From assembly GCA_964016885.1 (NCBI GenBank), contig OZ024741.1:144336001-144400000 (forward strand): 64,000 nucleotides of DNA, given 5' to 3'. This DNA comes from Eledone cirrhosa (Eukaryota). Shown one piece after another: positions 25,537 to 42,083 of the stretch. The notes beneath the pieces were generated by a model. The model saw only the letters and a list, made by a program, of their open reading frames with translations. It was not told the origin of the DNA and searched no databases. The translations under genes and the position numbers were made by a program. The stretch's first letter is position 1, and every line of letters starts with the position of its first letter.

Positions 25537-25722
25537 TGCACATATATGTATGTATACATATATATAATTTAAGTTAGGAGAAAACCAATGATTATAATTC
25601 AAATCGTTTTACCAATTTCTACGTACGTTTCGATTTAACAAAATGTAATTGGTAACGATCAAGTGTTATACCCCCTCCTGTTGATCTCTTTTACACACAC
25701 AAACATATATATATATTCATTC

Positions 25723-25814
<92 letters not shown>

Positions 25815-26030
25815 CTATGCCTGTGTAACAGGTATTCGATAAAAACGGAGCAATAATATGTTCCAGACCTGAAAAATACTATTTGTCTATCTATCTAGCC
25901 ATTCATCTATCTATCCTCGGATTTTTATATAGTTTATTGTTATTTATCATTGTTAAAGATTTTATGTAAAACCCCCACCGTCACGTCTTGTAATGTCCCA
26001 TTTTTGTGCGCCCCTGTGGCAAATAAAGAA

Positions 26031-26104
<74 letters not shown>

Positions 26105-29100
26105 AATCTAGCTGTCGTCTGTTCTACAGTGTGGATGTCATTCACTTCGCACAGAAGTTTTGTTCAAATTTATTGAGGAAATGTTGTGAGTTCAAACTTA
26201 ATTTTGATACAATTGTGTAGCTTGACCCTCCGTCTGAACTGTCAGGCGGTGGGTCAGCTCATCTTTACCCCTCCTAGAGGTGAAAAACCTGTTTTAAAAA
26301 ATTTTGTGTAAAAAATTTCAATCGTCTAACAGAAATGTTAAACGCAGCGAACGAAAATAGTGGTGGGGGGACAGCGGTAAGAGTTGTAAGCTCGCACGCT
26401 TTAGTCCTCCCTTCCTTCCCAACTAACGTCATAGAGAAGGAAGGAAAAATTAAAATAAAAACAGACGAATCTGCGGAGAAAAAATTAAATGACGAAAACA
26501 CAAATCTGGACTTGGATTCCAACAACGAAAAAAAAAAAATTTGAAAAATTGCATGACAATACTAATAACACAAACAAAGACACAACAAACACAAAAATAA
26601 CAGTTGAAAATAACACCATATCAGAAAACAAAGCAGACGACAAGATTTCATTTGCACAGAAAACAAAGAAATCTTTGACTTATATAGCGGAAAACATTTC
26701 AGATGTGGTACGAAGGATCACGGACGCCAAACAATACATAAGTGAAGGAGAGAATGGTATTTTATCGGTAAAAATGCCTCAAGAATTCACGAAAGACATT
26801 GAAAGCCGAACGGTCAAGTTTCGGACCATCAACAACAGTACAAAAAAACCTGAACAGCTTTCTCAAGCAGATATCAAAACAGTACTCACAGAAGTACTCA
26901 ATGAAACCACTTTCATAAGAAAAGACAGACTGTATGGAAGCCTAGCAATTATCATGAAGAACGAATCGGCGGCAAAAAAATGTGCTTTGTCACCGATTCG
27001 TTCAAAAAATTTCACCTTTTATCCATCTTATATGGGGAAAAGAACTCAACGCATATGGCTGGATGCAATGATGCCAGATGTGGACTACTGCTGGCTCATA
27101 GCTGGCTTCATCGATCCAGTGAATGACAACGTGATTTCCATTGGGAAAACCACAGGCAATGCGTTCAGTGGAACAGGTATAGAGCTGGTAGTACAAATGA
27201 AGCCTGAACGCATCGCCCAAATACCCGACAGAATCCTATTAGAGGACCACGGGTATATAAACATTAGCGTGGAGGGGAGAAGGCCGTCCTGCCATATCTG
27301 TGCAGGCAGAGGGCACCTGAAGGCCGCTTGTCCCCAACTCAACAAAAAGAAAACCCTGCTACCAACACCAGCTCCACCACCACCACCACAACAGATAAAC
27401 AAACAACAAAACTCAGTCCCACCCAACCCGTCCCTCAGTAAAACCACAACACCACCACAACACAAACAGTCACAACACATTACCCCAAAACAAAATACAG
27501 GCCCACCCAACCTCTCACTCAATAAAACAACACAACCACCGCAGACACAACACACAACACAGTCTAACATAGTGACATCCATCTCCCCCACAAAGAAAAC
27601 CAACACGGAAACATTACCAGCAAACATACCTCTTCCCTCCAACACTGAAGATAACCCAACGAATTCGGAGGAAGAAACGGAGTCCTTCAGACAGATTAAA
27701 AGGAAAAAAAGAAAACATGTGCAAAACACACAAGGACAAACAACCCCCACCCAAATCTCAACACAATCCAACAAAACAGAAAACACCCCTCCAGCAACAA
27801 ACAAAACCAAACCTGCCCCCTCCCCTCTTCGAAACACTCACACCATCGGAAAAAAAGACATTACACTATACTTAAATCAACAGAAACAATAATAAATTAA
27901 ATGAACTCATATACAATAATCCTTCGGTACAAACCGAAGGTGTAAACTTTGTTTCGTCAGAAAACCACCCACATTTAAAACTAATAAAGATCCCAATGAA
28001 CCTCTACCAAAAACTAAAAAAGGATTTTAAGGAGAACGTAGGACCACCCTCTGTCAAACCCATAAACCGCGTCCTACTAAAAAGCTTTCCCCCTCCCCAT
28101 CCCCTCCCCAACACAACTCCAAACACCCCAACCCCACCACACACTGACGACCCCACACCACCACAAGACACCCCCGACCCCATGGAAGTCGTGCAACCCG
28201 AACCCCGGGAAGCGGAAAGGTAGGTCTCTACACTCTCCTTTGGCTCTGCCGCCCACATGGATGTGTTAAGAGTAGGATGTTTGAATGCACGTGGCCTGGG
28301 CTCAACTTGGAAGCAAGCAAAGCTTCTAAATGACCTCAGGTCATGTAGCATAAATGTAATGGTTATCTGTGAGACTCGAATCAGCGTCGTGCGGCAGCTG
28401 GCCCCCACCTTCGATGACTTTGAGGTGCATGCATCTCTCTGTCAACCTGGAGGTGGGGGTGGGGTTGTCGTACTGCTGCAAAAACACCTGGGTCTTGCCG
28501 TACAGGTTGTGCACTCGGACCCGGAGGGTCGTTTGTTGGTGCTAGACGTTGGCAGTAGTGAAAGTGCGGCCTTGAGACTGGTCGCCGTCTACTCCCCTTT
28601 CGGAGCTGAACGGCCCGACTTCTTCCAGCGTTTGGAGACTTTTCTGGGAACGTCGCGTTCCCTGCTTCTAGCGGGGGATTGGAATGACATCCTGGATGCA
28701 CGTTGGGACTATGCAGGAGCATGTCCTAATAGAGGGGGGTGTAACAGCCTCAAGGGGTTACTCGACCGTTTTAACTTGGTCGATAGATATCGACTAGATT
28801 TTCCAACTGTGCCTACCTGGACTTGGAGAAACCACAGTGGTCAATCTAGATCGTACTTAGATAGATTCTTAGTTAGAAGTAAGGATAGGGACATATTAAG
28901 CTGTCCAGAAATGCGCACGGTTGGCTACACGGATCACAAATTAGTGACCTGCGTGGTCAATCTCGAGAAAACACATAGACAGGGTCCCGGTTACTGGAAA
29001 CTTAATTTGTCTTTACCGGCAAAAGAGACTTACAGAAACCGGATTAGCAGATTAGTTAAGGAGAGGTTGACGGGTGCAATCGTCAACAACCGATGGTGGG

Positions 29101-29225
29101 CATCTCTCAAAAGAGAGATTAGAACAGAATCAATAAGTTATAGCAAGATGTTAGCTGCCGATAGGAATAGAAACGAGAAAGAATTAACAGGTAAATTAGA
29201 AGAGGCAATCAAGAGCGAAGATGTG

Positions 29226-29229
<4 letters not shown>
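26105..29229 (+). mobile_element. Tx1 family A unit 2, 3'-truncated
   Basis: As unit 1; carries a C>A variant (CTTAAATC) that adds a stop in the last ORF1 segment. Confidence 0.93.
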
Positions 29230-29298
<69 letters not shown>

Positions 29299-29392
29299 CG
29301 GAACAAGTAAACATTAAACAATCTTTTAAATAAATTAAAATACGATTTAAATATTCACCTAACCAAAATGCTTTTACCGACGGTTTCGCTTC

Positions 29393-29472
<80 letters not shown>

Positions 29473-29658
29473 TGCACATATATGTATGTATACATATATA
29501 TAATTTAAGTTAGGAGAAAACCAATGATTATAATTCAAATCGTTTTACCAATTTCTACGTACGTTTCGATTTAACAAAATGTAATTGGTAACGATCAAGT
29601 GTTATACCCCCTCCTGTTGATCTCTTTTACACACACAAACATATATATATATTCATTC

Positions 29659-29770
<112 letters not shown>

Positions 29771-29986
29771 CTATGCCTGTGTAACAGGTATTCGATAAAA
29801 ACGGAGCAATAATATGTTCCAGACCTGAAAAATACTATTTGTCTATCTATCTAGCCATTCATCTATCTATCCTCGGATTTTTATATAGTTTATTGTTATT
29901 TATCATTGTTAAAGATTTTATGTAAAACCCCCACCGTCACGTCTTGTAATGTCCCATTTTTGTGCGCCCCTGTGGCAAATAAAGAA

Positions 29987-33307
<3,321 letters not shown>

Positions 33308-33401
33308 CGGAACAAGTAAACATTAAACAATCTTTTAAATAAATTAAAATACGATTTAAATATTCACCTAACCAAAATGCTTTTACCGACGGTTTCGCTT
33401 C

Positions 33402-33463
<62 letters not shown>

Positions 33464-33649
33464 TGCACATATATGTATGTATACATATATATAATTTAAG
33501 TTAGGAGAAAACCAATGATTATAATTCAAATCGTTTTACCAATTTCTACGTACGTTTCGATTTAACAAAATGTAATTGGTAACGATCAAGTGTTATACCC
33601 CCTCCTGTTGATCTCTTTTACACACACAAACATATATATATATTCATTC

Positions 33650-33699
<50 letters not shown>

Positions 33700-33915
33700 C
33701 TATGCCTGTGTAACAGGTATTCGATAAAAACGGAGCAATAATATGTTCCAGACCTGAAAAATACTATTTGTCTATCTATCTAGCCATTCATCTATCTATC
33801 CTCGGATTTTTATATAGTTTATTGTTATTTATCATTGTTAAAGATTTTATGTAAAACCCCCACCGTCACGTCTTGTAATGTCCCATTTTTGTGCGCCCCT
33901 GTGGCAAATAAAGAA

Positions 33916-33981
<66 letters not shown>

Positions 33982-34211
33982 AATCTAGCTGTCGTCTGTT
34001 CTACAGTGTGGATGTCATTCACTTCGCACAGAAGTTTTGTTCAAATTTATTGAGGAAATGTTGTGAGTTCAAACTTAATTTTGATACAATTGTGTAGCTT
34101 GACCCTCCGTCTGAACTGTCAGGCGGTGGGTCAGCTCATCTTTACCCCTCCTAGAGGTGAAAAACCTGTTTTAAAAAATTTTGTGTAAAAAATTTCAATC
34201 GTCTAACAGAA

Positions 34212-36100
34212 ATGTTAAACGCAGCGAACGAAAATAGTGGTGGGGGGACAGCGGTAAGAGTTGTAAGCTCGCACGCTTTAGTCCTCCCTTCCTTCCCAAC
34301 TAACGTCATAGAGAAGGAAGGAAAAATTAAAATAAAAACAGACGAATCTGCGGAGAAAAAATTAAATGACGAAAACACAAATCTGGACTTGGATTCCAAC
34401 AACGAAAAAAAAAAAATTTGAAAAATTGCATGACAATACTAATAACACAAACAAAGACACAACAAACACAAAAATAACAGTTGAAAATAACACCATATCA
34501 GAAAACAAAGCAGACGACAAGATTTCATTTGCACAGAAAACAAAGAAATCTTTGACTTATATAGCGGAAAACATTTCAGATGTGGTACGAAGGATCACGG
34601 ACGCCAAACAATACATAAGTGAAGGAGAGAATGGTATTTTATCGGTAAAAATGCCTCAAGAATTCACGAAAGACATTGAAAGCCGAACGGTCAAGTTTCG
34701 GACCATCAACAACAGTACAAAAAAACCTGAACAGCTTTCTCAAGCAGATATCAAAACAGTACTCACAGAAGTACTCAATGAAACCACTTTCATAAGAAAA
34801 GACAGACTGTATGGAAGCCTAGCAATTATCATGAAGAACGAATCGGCGGCAAAAAAATGTGCTTTGTCACCGATTCGTTCAAAAAATTTCACCTTTTATC
34901 CATCTTATATGGGGAAAAGAACTCAACGCATATGGCTGGATGCAATGATGCCAGATGTGGACTACTGCTGGCTCATAGCTGGCTTCATCGATCCAGTGAA
35001 TGACAACGTGATTTCCATTGGGAAAACCACAGGCAATGCGTTCAGTGGAACAGGTATAGAGCTGGTAGTACAAATGAAGCCTGAACGCATCGCCCAAATA
35101 CCCGACAGAATCCTATTAGAGGACCACGGGTATATAAACATTAGCGTGGAGGGGAGAAGGCCGTCCTGCCATATCTGTGCAGGCAGAGGGCACCTGAAGG
35201 CCGCTTGTCCCCAACTCAACAAAAAGAAAACCCTGCTACCAACACCAGCTCCACCACCACCACCACAACAGATAAACAAACAACAAAACTCAGTCCCACC
35301 CAACCCGTCCCTCAGTAAAACCACAACACCACCACAACACAAACAGTCACAACACATTACCCCAAAACAAAATACAGGCCCACCCAACCTCTCACTCAAT
35401 AAAACAACACAACCACCGCAGACACAACACACAACACAGTCTAACATAGTGACATCCATCTCCCCCACAAAGAAAACCAACACGGAAACATTACCAGCAA
35501 ACATACCTCTTCCCTCCAACACTGAAGATAACCCAACGAATTCGGAGGAAGAAACGGAGTCCTTCAGACAGATTAAAAGGAAAAAAAGAAAACATGTGCA
35601 AAACACACAAGGACAAACAACCCCCACCCAAATCTCAACACAATCCAACAAAACAGAAAACACCCCTCCAGCAACAAACAAAACCAAACCTGCCCCCTCC
35701 CCTCTTCGAAACACTCACACCATCGGAAAAAAAGACATTACACTATACTTACATCAACAGAAACAATAATAAATTAAATGAACTCATATACAATAATCCT
35801 TCGGTACAAACCGAAGGTGTAAACTTTGTTTCGTCAGAAAACCACCCACATTTAAAACTAATAAAGATCCCAATGAACCTCTACCAAAAACTAAAAAAGG
35901 ATTTTAAGGAGAACGTAGGACCACCCTCTGTCAAACCCATAAACCGCGTCCTACTAAAAAGCTTTCCCCCTCCCCATCCCCTCCCCAACACAACTCCAAA
36001 CACCCCAACCCCACCACACACTGACGACCCCACACCACCACAAGACACCCCCGACCCCATGGAAGTCGTGCAACCCGAACCCCGGGAAGCGGAAAGGTAG
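34212..36100 (+). pseudogene. LINE ORF1 (CCHC zinc knuckle), split by two frameshifts; same state at 22425-24313, 26335-28223 and 30279-32167
   Basis: CHICAGRGHLKAAC is CX2CX4HX4C; segments 34212-34421, 34366-35769 and 35594-36100 are each offset by +1; the first break is at an A12 run. Confidence 0.85.
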
Positions 36101-36133
36101 GTCTCTACACTCTCCTTTGGCTCTGCCGCCCAC

Positions 36134-39100
36134 ATGGATGTGTTAAGAGTAGGATGTTTGAATGCACGTGGCCTGGGCTCAACTTGGAAGCAAGCAAAGC
36201 TTCTAAATGACCTCAGGTCATGTAGCATAAATGTAATGGTTATCTGTGAGACTCGAATCAGCGTCGTGCGGCAGCTGGCCCCCACCTTCGATGACTTTGA
36301 GGTGCATGCATCTCTCTGTCAACCTGGAGGTGGGGGTGGGGTTGTCGTACTGCTGCAAAAACACCTGGGTCTTGCCGTACAGGTTGTGCACTCGGACCCG
36401 GAGGGTCGTTTGTTGGTGCTAGACGTTGGCAGTAGTGAAAGTGCGGCCTTGAGACTGGTCGCCGTCTACTCCCCTTTCGGAGCTGAACGGCCCGACTTCT
36501 TCCAGCGTTTGGAGACTTTTCTGGGAACGTCGCGTTCCCTGCTTCTAGCGGGGGATTGGAATGACATCCTGGATGCACGTTGGGACTATGCAGGAGCATG
36601 TCCTAATAGAGGGGGGTGTAACAGCCTCAAGGGGTTACTCGACCGTTTTAACTTGGTCGATAGATATCGACTAGATTTTCCAACTGTGCCTACCTGGACT
36701 TGGAGAAACCACAGTGGTCAATCTAGATCGTACTTAGATAGATTCTTAGTTAGAAGTAAGGATAGGGACATATTAAGCTGTCCAGAAATGCGCACGGTTG
36801 GCTACACGGATCACAAATTAGTGACCTGCGTGGTCAATCTCGAGAAAACACATAGACAGGGTCCCGGTTACTGGAAACTTAATTTGTCTTTACCGGCAAA
36901 AGAGACTTACAGAAACCGGATTAGCAGATTAGTTAAGGAGAGGTTGACGGGTGCAATCGTCAACAACCGATGGTGGGCATCTCTCAAAAGAGAGATTAGA
37001 ACAGAATCAATAAGTTATAGCAAGATGTTAGCTGCCGATAGGAATAGAAACGAGAAAGAATTAACAGGTAAATTAGAAGAGGCAATCAAGAGCGAAGATG
37101 TGGCCAGAGTGCTGGCATCGAGGACGGCCTTGAACCAGTTTTTCGATGCAAAGCACGAAGGCTGCGTAATTCGAAGTAAAATACGTGCTCTAGGTAATGA
37201 GGGGGCCAAAGCCGTTGGATGGGCCCGCGTGACAGAAGCTAAGAGTGGAAATCGATCCACCATCCGGTCGTTGCAAGACGAAGATGGACGAGTGATCCGG
37301 GAGCCTAAGCAGATGTGCGAGGCCTTTCAAAAGCACTTTGCCCGATTGTTCGGGGGAGGCGAGGGTCCGGGCCGGGGCGTGGATTTCGGTCCATACCTCG
37401 ACGGCCCGCCGCGTCTCTCGAACGAAGAGGCAGAGTCCTGCGAGGGACCAATCTCGGCTGATGAGATCGGAGATGCGCTGAGCCAATGCAGCAGACGCAA
37501 ATCTCCAGGTCTCGATGGTATACCTTACGAACTTTATTTAGCAATGCCCGTCTTCTTCTCCGAACTCCTCGAAGCGGTCTACTGCAATTGGCAGCAGAAC
37601 GGGAGAATTCCTTGTTCTGTAGCCAAGGGCGTAGTCACGCTGGTGAGGAAAGACGAGAACAAGGGGGATAGTATAAATAATTTTTGGCCCATAACCCTGC
37701 TAAACACAGAGTTAAAGATTTTGGCCAAGGTGTTAGCAAAGAGGTTGGCGCTTGTGGTGGGTGGCCTGGTGGGAGATGCGCAGACATGTGCTATCCCATC
37801 CAGGTCCATTCACGATAACCTCCACCTCATGCGATACATCATAGAGAGGGTTGGCAACAAACCCGGCTTCGGTGGGGCCCTGATCAACTTGGATCAGTCT
37901 AAGACCTTCGATAGGGTCGACCATGGTTACCTGGATGCGGTGCTAGCGGCGGCTGGGTTCGGTCCTGTTTTCAGAGGCTGGATCACTGCCCTACATAGCA
38001 ACCACATCTGTTCTAGGATCAAGGTGAACGGCTACCTTTCGAAGCCGTTCGAAATCACACGATCCATTCGACAGGGGTGCCCTCTCTCCTCCCTTCTGTA
38101 CGTATTGACTCTCGAGCCTTTACTGAGGAAGTTGGAGTTGTTGCAGGGTATCCCCCTGGAACCAGCATTGAGCAAAGCGGTGTCGGCCTACGCCGATGAC
38201 GTAACAGTAATGGTATCAACCGACTCGGAGATCGAGGCGATCGGTACCTTACTGGAGGAGTACGAAAGGTTATCAGGAGCGAAACTGAACCGGGAAAAAT
38301 CCATCGGGCTGCAACTCGGAACGTGGAGAGGCAGACCGATGCCTCCTGACGGTGTCGTCGGACACTGGACGGAGGGCCCGGTAAAGTTGCTTGGGGTCTG
38401 GTTTGGACCGGACCTCCAGGTGGAAAAGAACTGGAACGAGGTTACGAACAAGGTGTTTGCACTAACCCAGAAATGGGCCAAGTGTAAGCTGTCCCTAAAA
38501 GGCCGGGCGGAGGTGGCGAACATTTACATAGCGTCCGTCACTTACTACCGCCTGACTGTCGTGCCTTGCCCTAAGGAAACACTCACCACCATGGAACGCA
38601 TGCTCTTCCAATTTCTTTGGAAGAAGCGTCCTCCTATGGTGAGAAGATCCATCTGCTGCCAACAACCTTCGAAAGGAGGGCTGGGGATGCCGTGGTTGAT
38701 GATGCGTAGGCACGCATTAAGGCTACGGCACCTACAGGTATTCCTCACTGGTCAACCGGTGTGGGCTCCGTTCGTGAAACGAGCCTTTCCGAGACTCGTC
38801 TCGCTCACCGAGCTACAGTCCTGGGTCAAGCAAAGATCCGGAAAACTGGGAGACTGGCACACTGAGTGTGCTCAGGCGCTCAGGGCTCTCTGGCAAGCGG
38901 GCCAGGCCATCGGTGGAGAATCCACCTCATCATTCTATAGAGGGCTGGTGGCTAGCAGGGGCGATGACACCCTTGGAGAGTCGCTGGACATGGAAGAAGA
39001 CGAACTGGCCAGCCTGTTCGGTAGGACTTTCGGGCCAGGACCAATGGACAACTTCCAGAAGTCACTGGCCTGGCAGTGCTACCGGGGGGCTCTACCCGTT

Positions 39101-39571
39101 CGAGAGAGGCTCTACAGACACGGGCGCCCGGGCAGGGATCCCTCAAAAAAGATTTGCCCTAGATGCGTGCGTCACGAAGAAACCGTTGCGCACGCATTGG
39201 TGCAATGTCCGGGCGTGGCTGATCTGTGGGGCTACGCCGAACAACTGCTGTCGCGGGTGGCGCCGATTAAATTGACCGCCGAGTCCGTGATGACAATCAA
39301 ACCGCCTCCCCTCTTCACAAAGGAAGCAAAGGCGGTTTTTCTGTGCGTAATAGCCATGTTGAAAGAGGTTGTTTGGTGGACACGATTGAAAGGTCTGAGT
39401 TCAGGCAACTTCCTCTCTGGCCATAGTCTGGTCTACTTCTTCCGATATCACTTCGGAAGAAGGATAAGAATGGAGAGAGAGGTGCTTGGCCACAGGCAGT
39501 TTTATGAAAGGTGGGTGATAGTGGCGAGAATGGCTCGTGTAAATGGGCCTTCTCTGTATACCATCCTGTAG
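36134..39571 (+). CDS. LINE ORF2: APE endonuclease, reverse transcriptase and C-terminal zinc finger, 1145 aa
   Basis: LNARGL, GDWN, YLDRF, TDH (endonuclease); SPGLDG, RQGCPLS, YADD (RT); CPRC...ETVAHALVQC. Non-consensus FWPI and SKTFD may impair the RT. Confidence 0.95.
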   Translation: MDVLRVGCLNARGLGSTWKQAKLLNDLRSCSINVMVICETRISVVRQLAPTFDDFEVHASLCQPGGGGGVVVLLQKHLGLAVQVVHSDPEGRLLVLDVGSSESAALRLVAVYSPFGAERPDFFQRLETFLGTSRSLLLAGDWNDILDARWDYAGACPNRGGCNSLKGLLDRFNLVDRYRLDFPTVPTWTWRNHSGQSRSYLDRFLVRSKDRDILSCPEMRTVGYTDHKLVTCVVNLEKTHRQGPGYWKLNLSLPAKETYRNRISRLVKERLTGAIVNNRWWASLKREIRTESISYSKMLAADRNRNEKELTGKLEEAIKSEDVARVLASRTALNQFFDAKHEGCVIRSKIRALGNEGAKAVGWARVTEAKSGNRSTIRSLQDEDGRVIREPKQMCEAFQKHFARLFGGGEGPGRGVDFGPYLDGPPRLSNEEAESCEGPISADEIGDALSQCSRRKSPGLDGIPYELYLAMPVFFSELLEAVYCNWQQNGRIPCSVAKGVVTLVRKDENKGDSINNFWPITLLNTELKILAKVLAKRLALVVGGLVGDAQTCAIPSRSIHDNLHLMRYIIERVGNKPGFGGALINLDQSKTFDRVDHGYLDAVLAAAGFGPVFRGWITALHSNHICSRIKVNGYLSKPFEITRSIRQGCPLSSLLYVLTLEPLLRKLELLQGIPLEPALSKAVSAYADDVTVMVSTDSEIEAIGTLLEEYERLSGAKLNREKSIGLQLGTWRGRPMPPDGVVGHWTEGPVKLLGVWFGPDLQVEKNWNEVTNKVFALTQKWAKCKLSLKGRAEVANIYIASVTYYRLTVVPCPKETLTTMERMLFQFLWKKRPPMVRRSICCQQPSKGGLGMPWLMMRRHALRLRHLQVFLTGQPVWAPFVKRAFPRLVSLTELQSWVKQRSGKLGDWHTECAQALRALWQAGQAIGGESTSSFYRGLVASRGDDTLGESLDMEEDELASLFGRTFGPGPMDNFQKSLAWQCYRGALPVRERLYRHGRPGRDPSKKICPRCVRHEETVAHALVQCPGVADLWGYAEQLLSRVAPIKLTAESVMTIKPPPLFTKEAKAVFLCVIAMLKEVVWWTRLKGLSSGNFLSGHSLVYFFRYHFGRRIRMEREVLGHRQFYERWVIVARMARVNGPSLYTIL

Positions 39572-39785
39572 GTAAAGAAGTAAAGGAGAGGGGAGCACCT
39601 TCTCCATGTGCTCCCCGGGCAAAGGATTGCACACTTTTTCGGGGGTGTGTGCAACCCCCATCACGTCCCCTCCCTTTTGAGGTTATTTTCGATTATTTTC
39701 ATGTTACACCCTTTTTACTCGATTATATGTAAACTCCCCCTTTGTATTTGTCCCTTCTTTTTATGCCTTTATGGTAAATAAAGAA

Positions 39786-39862
<77 letters not shown>

Positions 39863-40454
39863 ACAGTGGTTGAGATGAACACCCTCATCACTAAGCCACG
39901 TACCTTCACATGAATCTATTATAGGCAGACCAGGTATCTATAATATGATCTATATATTGAGAGTGCTGTACCAGTGGAAAAATAGGTACTTAATAACATA
40001 TACTGACCAATACATCATCCAACATATCTTTATTTAATATGTGGAGTGTTTAATACCCTGAAGTAGAGCTAAACTACTGGAATCAAATATACAAGGAAGA
40101 ATATAAACGCAAAATACACTAGACTGTATGAACAGTAATATAAGACTGCCATATGTACAGGACCCCATCCTCCTAAGTGGAGGAATGAGATGTGTGCATA
40201 TATCAGGTCTTTAAAATAACATTTTGGGTCATATTTAAACATCTGTTTAAATTGCTCCCATACAAACAAGTCTATAGGGTTACTCCCTTGATAATGGGTT
40301 TTTAAACCCGAAAATATTTGGGATCGTTAAATTTGCTAAGGTAAGATTCTTTTGTTATCTTGGCAATTTCAACAATCTTCATAACACATCGTGTTGGTCT
40401 TCAAAATTTAAATTTGTTTCCTATTAAATAATGCTTCAAGCAAGCTTCAAAACT

Positions 40455-40488
<34 letters not shown>

Positions 40489-40599
40489 TAAGTTATTCCG
40501 GGTTGAATCGGAGGTAACCACAGTAAGTAAGGTACTCAATACATAGCAGAGTATAACAGTCCTGTAGAATCTCATCTATATTAAAACTATATATATATA

Positions 40600-41017
40600 A
40601 GTAGAAGGGGTATTTAATTTGTTGGAATTCCGACAAATATAAATGTTTATAACTGATTTAGAGCACTCAACAGTGACTGGAGTTAATATTCAATGATATT
40701 AAATAAATGGAAACTATATTTATAAAACCATATTTATTTTATTATATATATTTCTAGGGTACCAAGACAACATTGGTACGCTTTCATCAGATAAAATACA
40801 AAGTTTGTTTTATAAATAGAGACATACCCATGATACCTTATCGGTTGGTGAATTTCCAACCGATAAGGTATGATTTTCATGGGTATGTCTCTATTTATAA
40901 AACAAACTTTGTATTTTATCTGATGAAAGCGTACCAATGTTGTCTTGGTACCCTAGATATATATATAATAAAATAAATATGGTTTTATAAATATAGTTTC
41001 CATTTATTTAATATCAT
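40600..41017. mobile_element. PLE-type fold-back element: ~325-bp near-perfect palindrome (40693-41017) plus a left tail
   Basis: The ORF track gives near-identical 67-aa spurious ORFs on both strands; a hammerhead motif in each arm; (TA)n flanks. Confidence 0.8.
40735..40798 (-). ncRNA. Type I minimal hammerhead motif, intact core; the partner at 40912-40975 has GATA in place of GAAA
   Basis: Minus strand: TATTTTAT-CTGATGA-aagcGTACCAA tgttgtc TTGGTACccta-GAAA-TATATA-TA-ATAAAATA. Confidence 0.7.
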
Positions 41018-41456
41018 GATATATATATATATATATATCAGAGTTTTCCTTCTCCTAGAATTCTGCCTTGAATTAATACCTGCAACCCTGATGGTATCCA
41101 ATGATGTTGATTTGTTCTTCTTTTTGGTAAATATCATCTTGGTTAAGAGAGTGGGACTGGCTTTGTGCAGAGCCTTTGCTCACTATAAAAGCTTCACGGC
41201 ACAGACATTGCTTTATATCTGGAGACCTCTCTGCACTTGTCGTCACATGATACCATGGGCCCCGCACTATGTGTCAATAATTGTCACAAATGTAGTGTTT
41301 GTACCAGAGTTTTCAAGTCGCTGGCTGGACTAAAAAGTCACACTTGTTCAGTACATCGGTAGGGGTTCTCCTACATGGATATGAAGTAGTGGCCGTACTC
41401 GAAAACGAGTTGGCAGCCACAATATATATATATATATATAAATATATATATATATA

Positions 41457-41794
41457 CAGTGTATGCCCGACATTCGCGGTCCCGGTTATTTCCGGAATTT
41501 TCCTTAGAACATAACTAATAATTGTTCGTTGAAAACACCGCATATTCGCGGAAACATAAATAGCTGCCGCAATTTTTTAATGGATTTTTAACGCTAATTA
41601 TTAATAACAATATACCGTATTTGCCGGCCTATTGGATGCCCCTTCGCATTAGATGGTCCCTTTTTAAAAATTATATTCTACGTTATATTTTGACGTTTAT
41701 AGGCATTTTTATGGACTACGTCCAATATTCACGGTTTCCCACTCTTCGCGGGTGTTCTAGGAACGTAACCCCCACGAATACCGGGATGCAACTG
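41457..41794. mobile_element. Tigger/pogo-like MITE, 338 bp
   Basis: TA|CAGTGTATGCCCGACATTCGCGG ... CCACGAATACCGGGATGCAACTG|TA, imperfect TIRs. Confidence 0.6.
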
Positions 41795-42083
41795 TATATA
41801 TATATATATATATATATATACATAATCATGGCAAAGGTATCTTTGAAATGAATGATCCGCAAACGACACAAACACTTACATTCCTGTGGGAGGTATTTAA
41901 AATGTACTCAATATATAAAAGTATAAAAACAATTACAGCAAAAAGAGACAAAAGAAAATTGACTTCCATCATCACTAAATGGTCAGGTGATTTCCGTTCA
42001 TCAACAAAATGTGTTATATTTCTATTGCATAATTCCATTTCATGTCCGTCATACAATTTCCCACCAATAACTAGTTATATATA

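Larger units (their letters stand above)
33982..39786 (+). mobile_element. Full-length Tx1/L1-clade non-LTR retrotransposon (family A), ~5.8 kb, flanked by (TCTA)n
   Basis: Zinc-knuckle ORF1, APE-RT ORF2, and a 3'UTR ending AATAAAGAAA. Confidence 0.95.
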
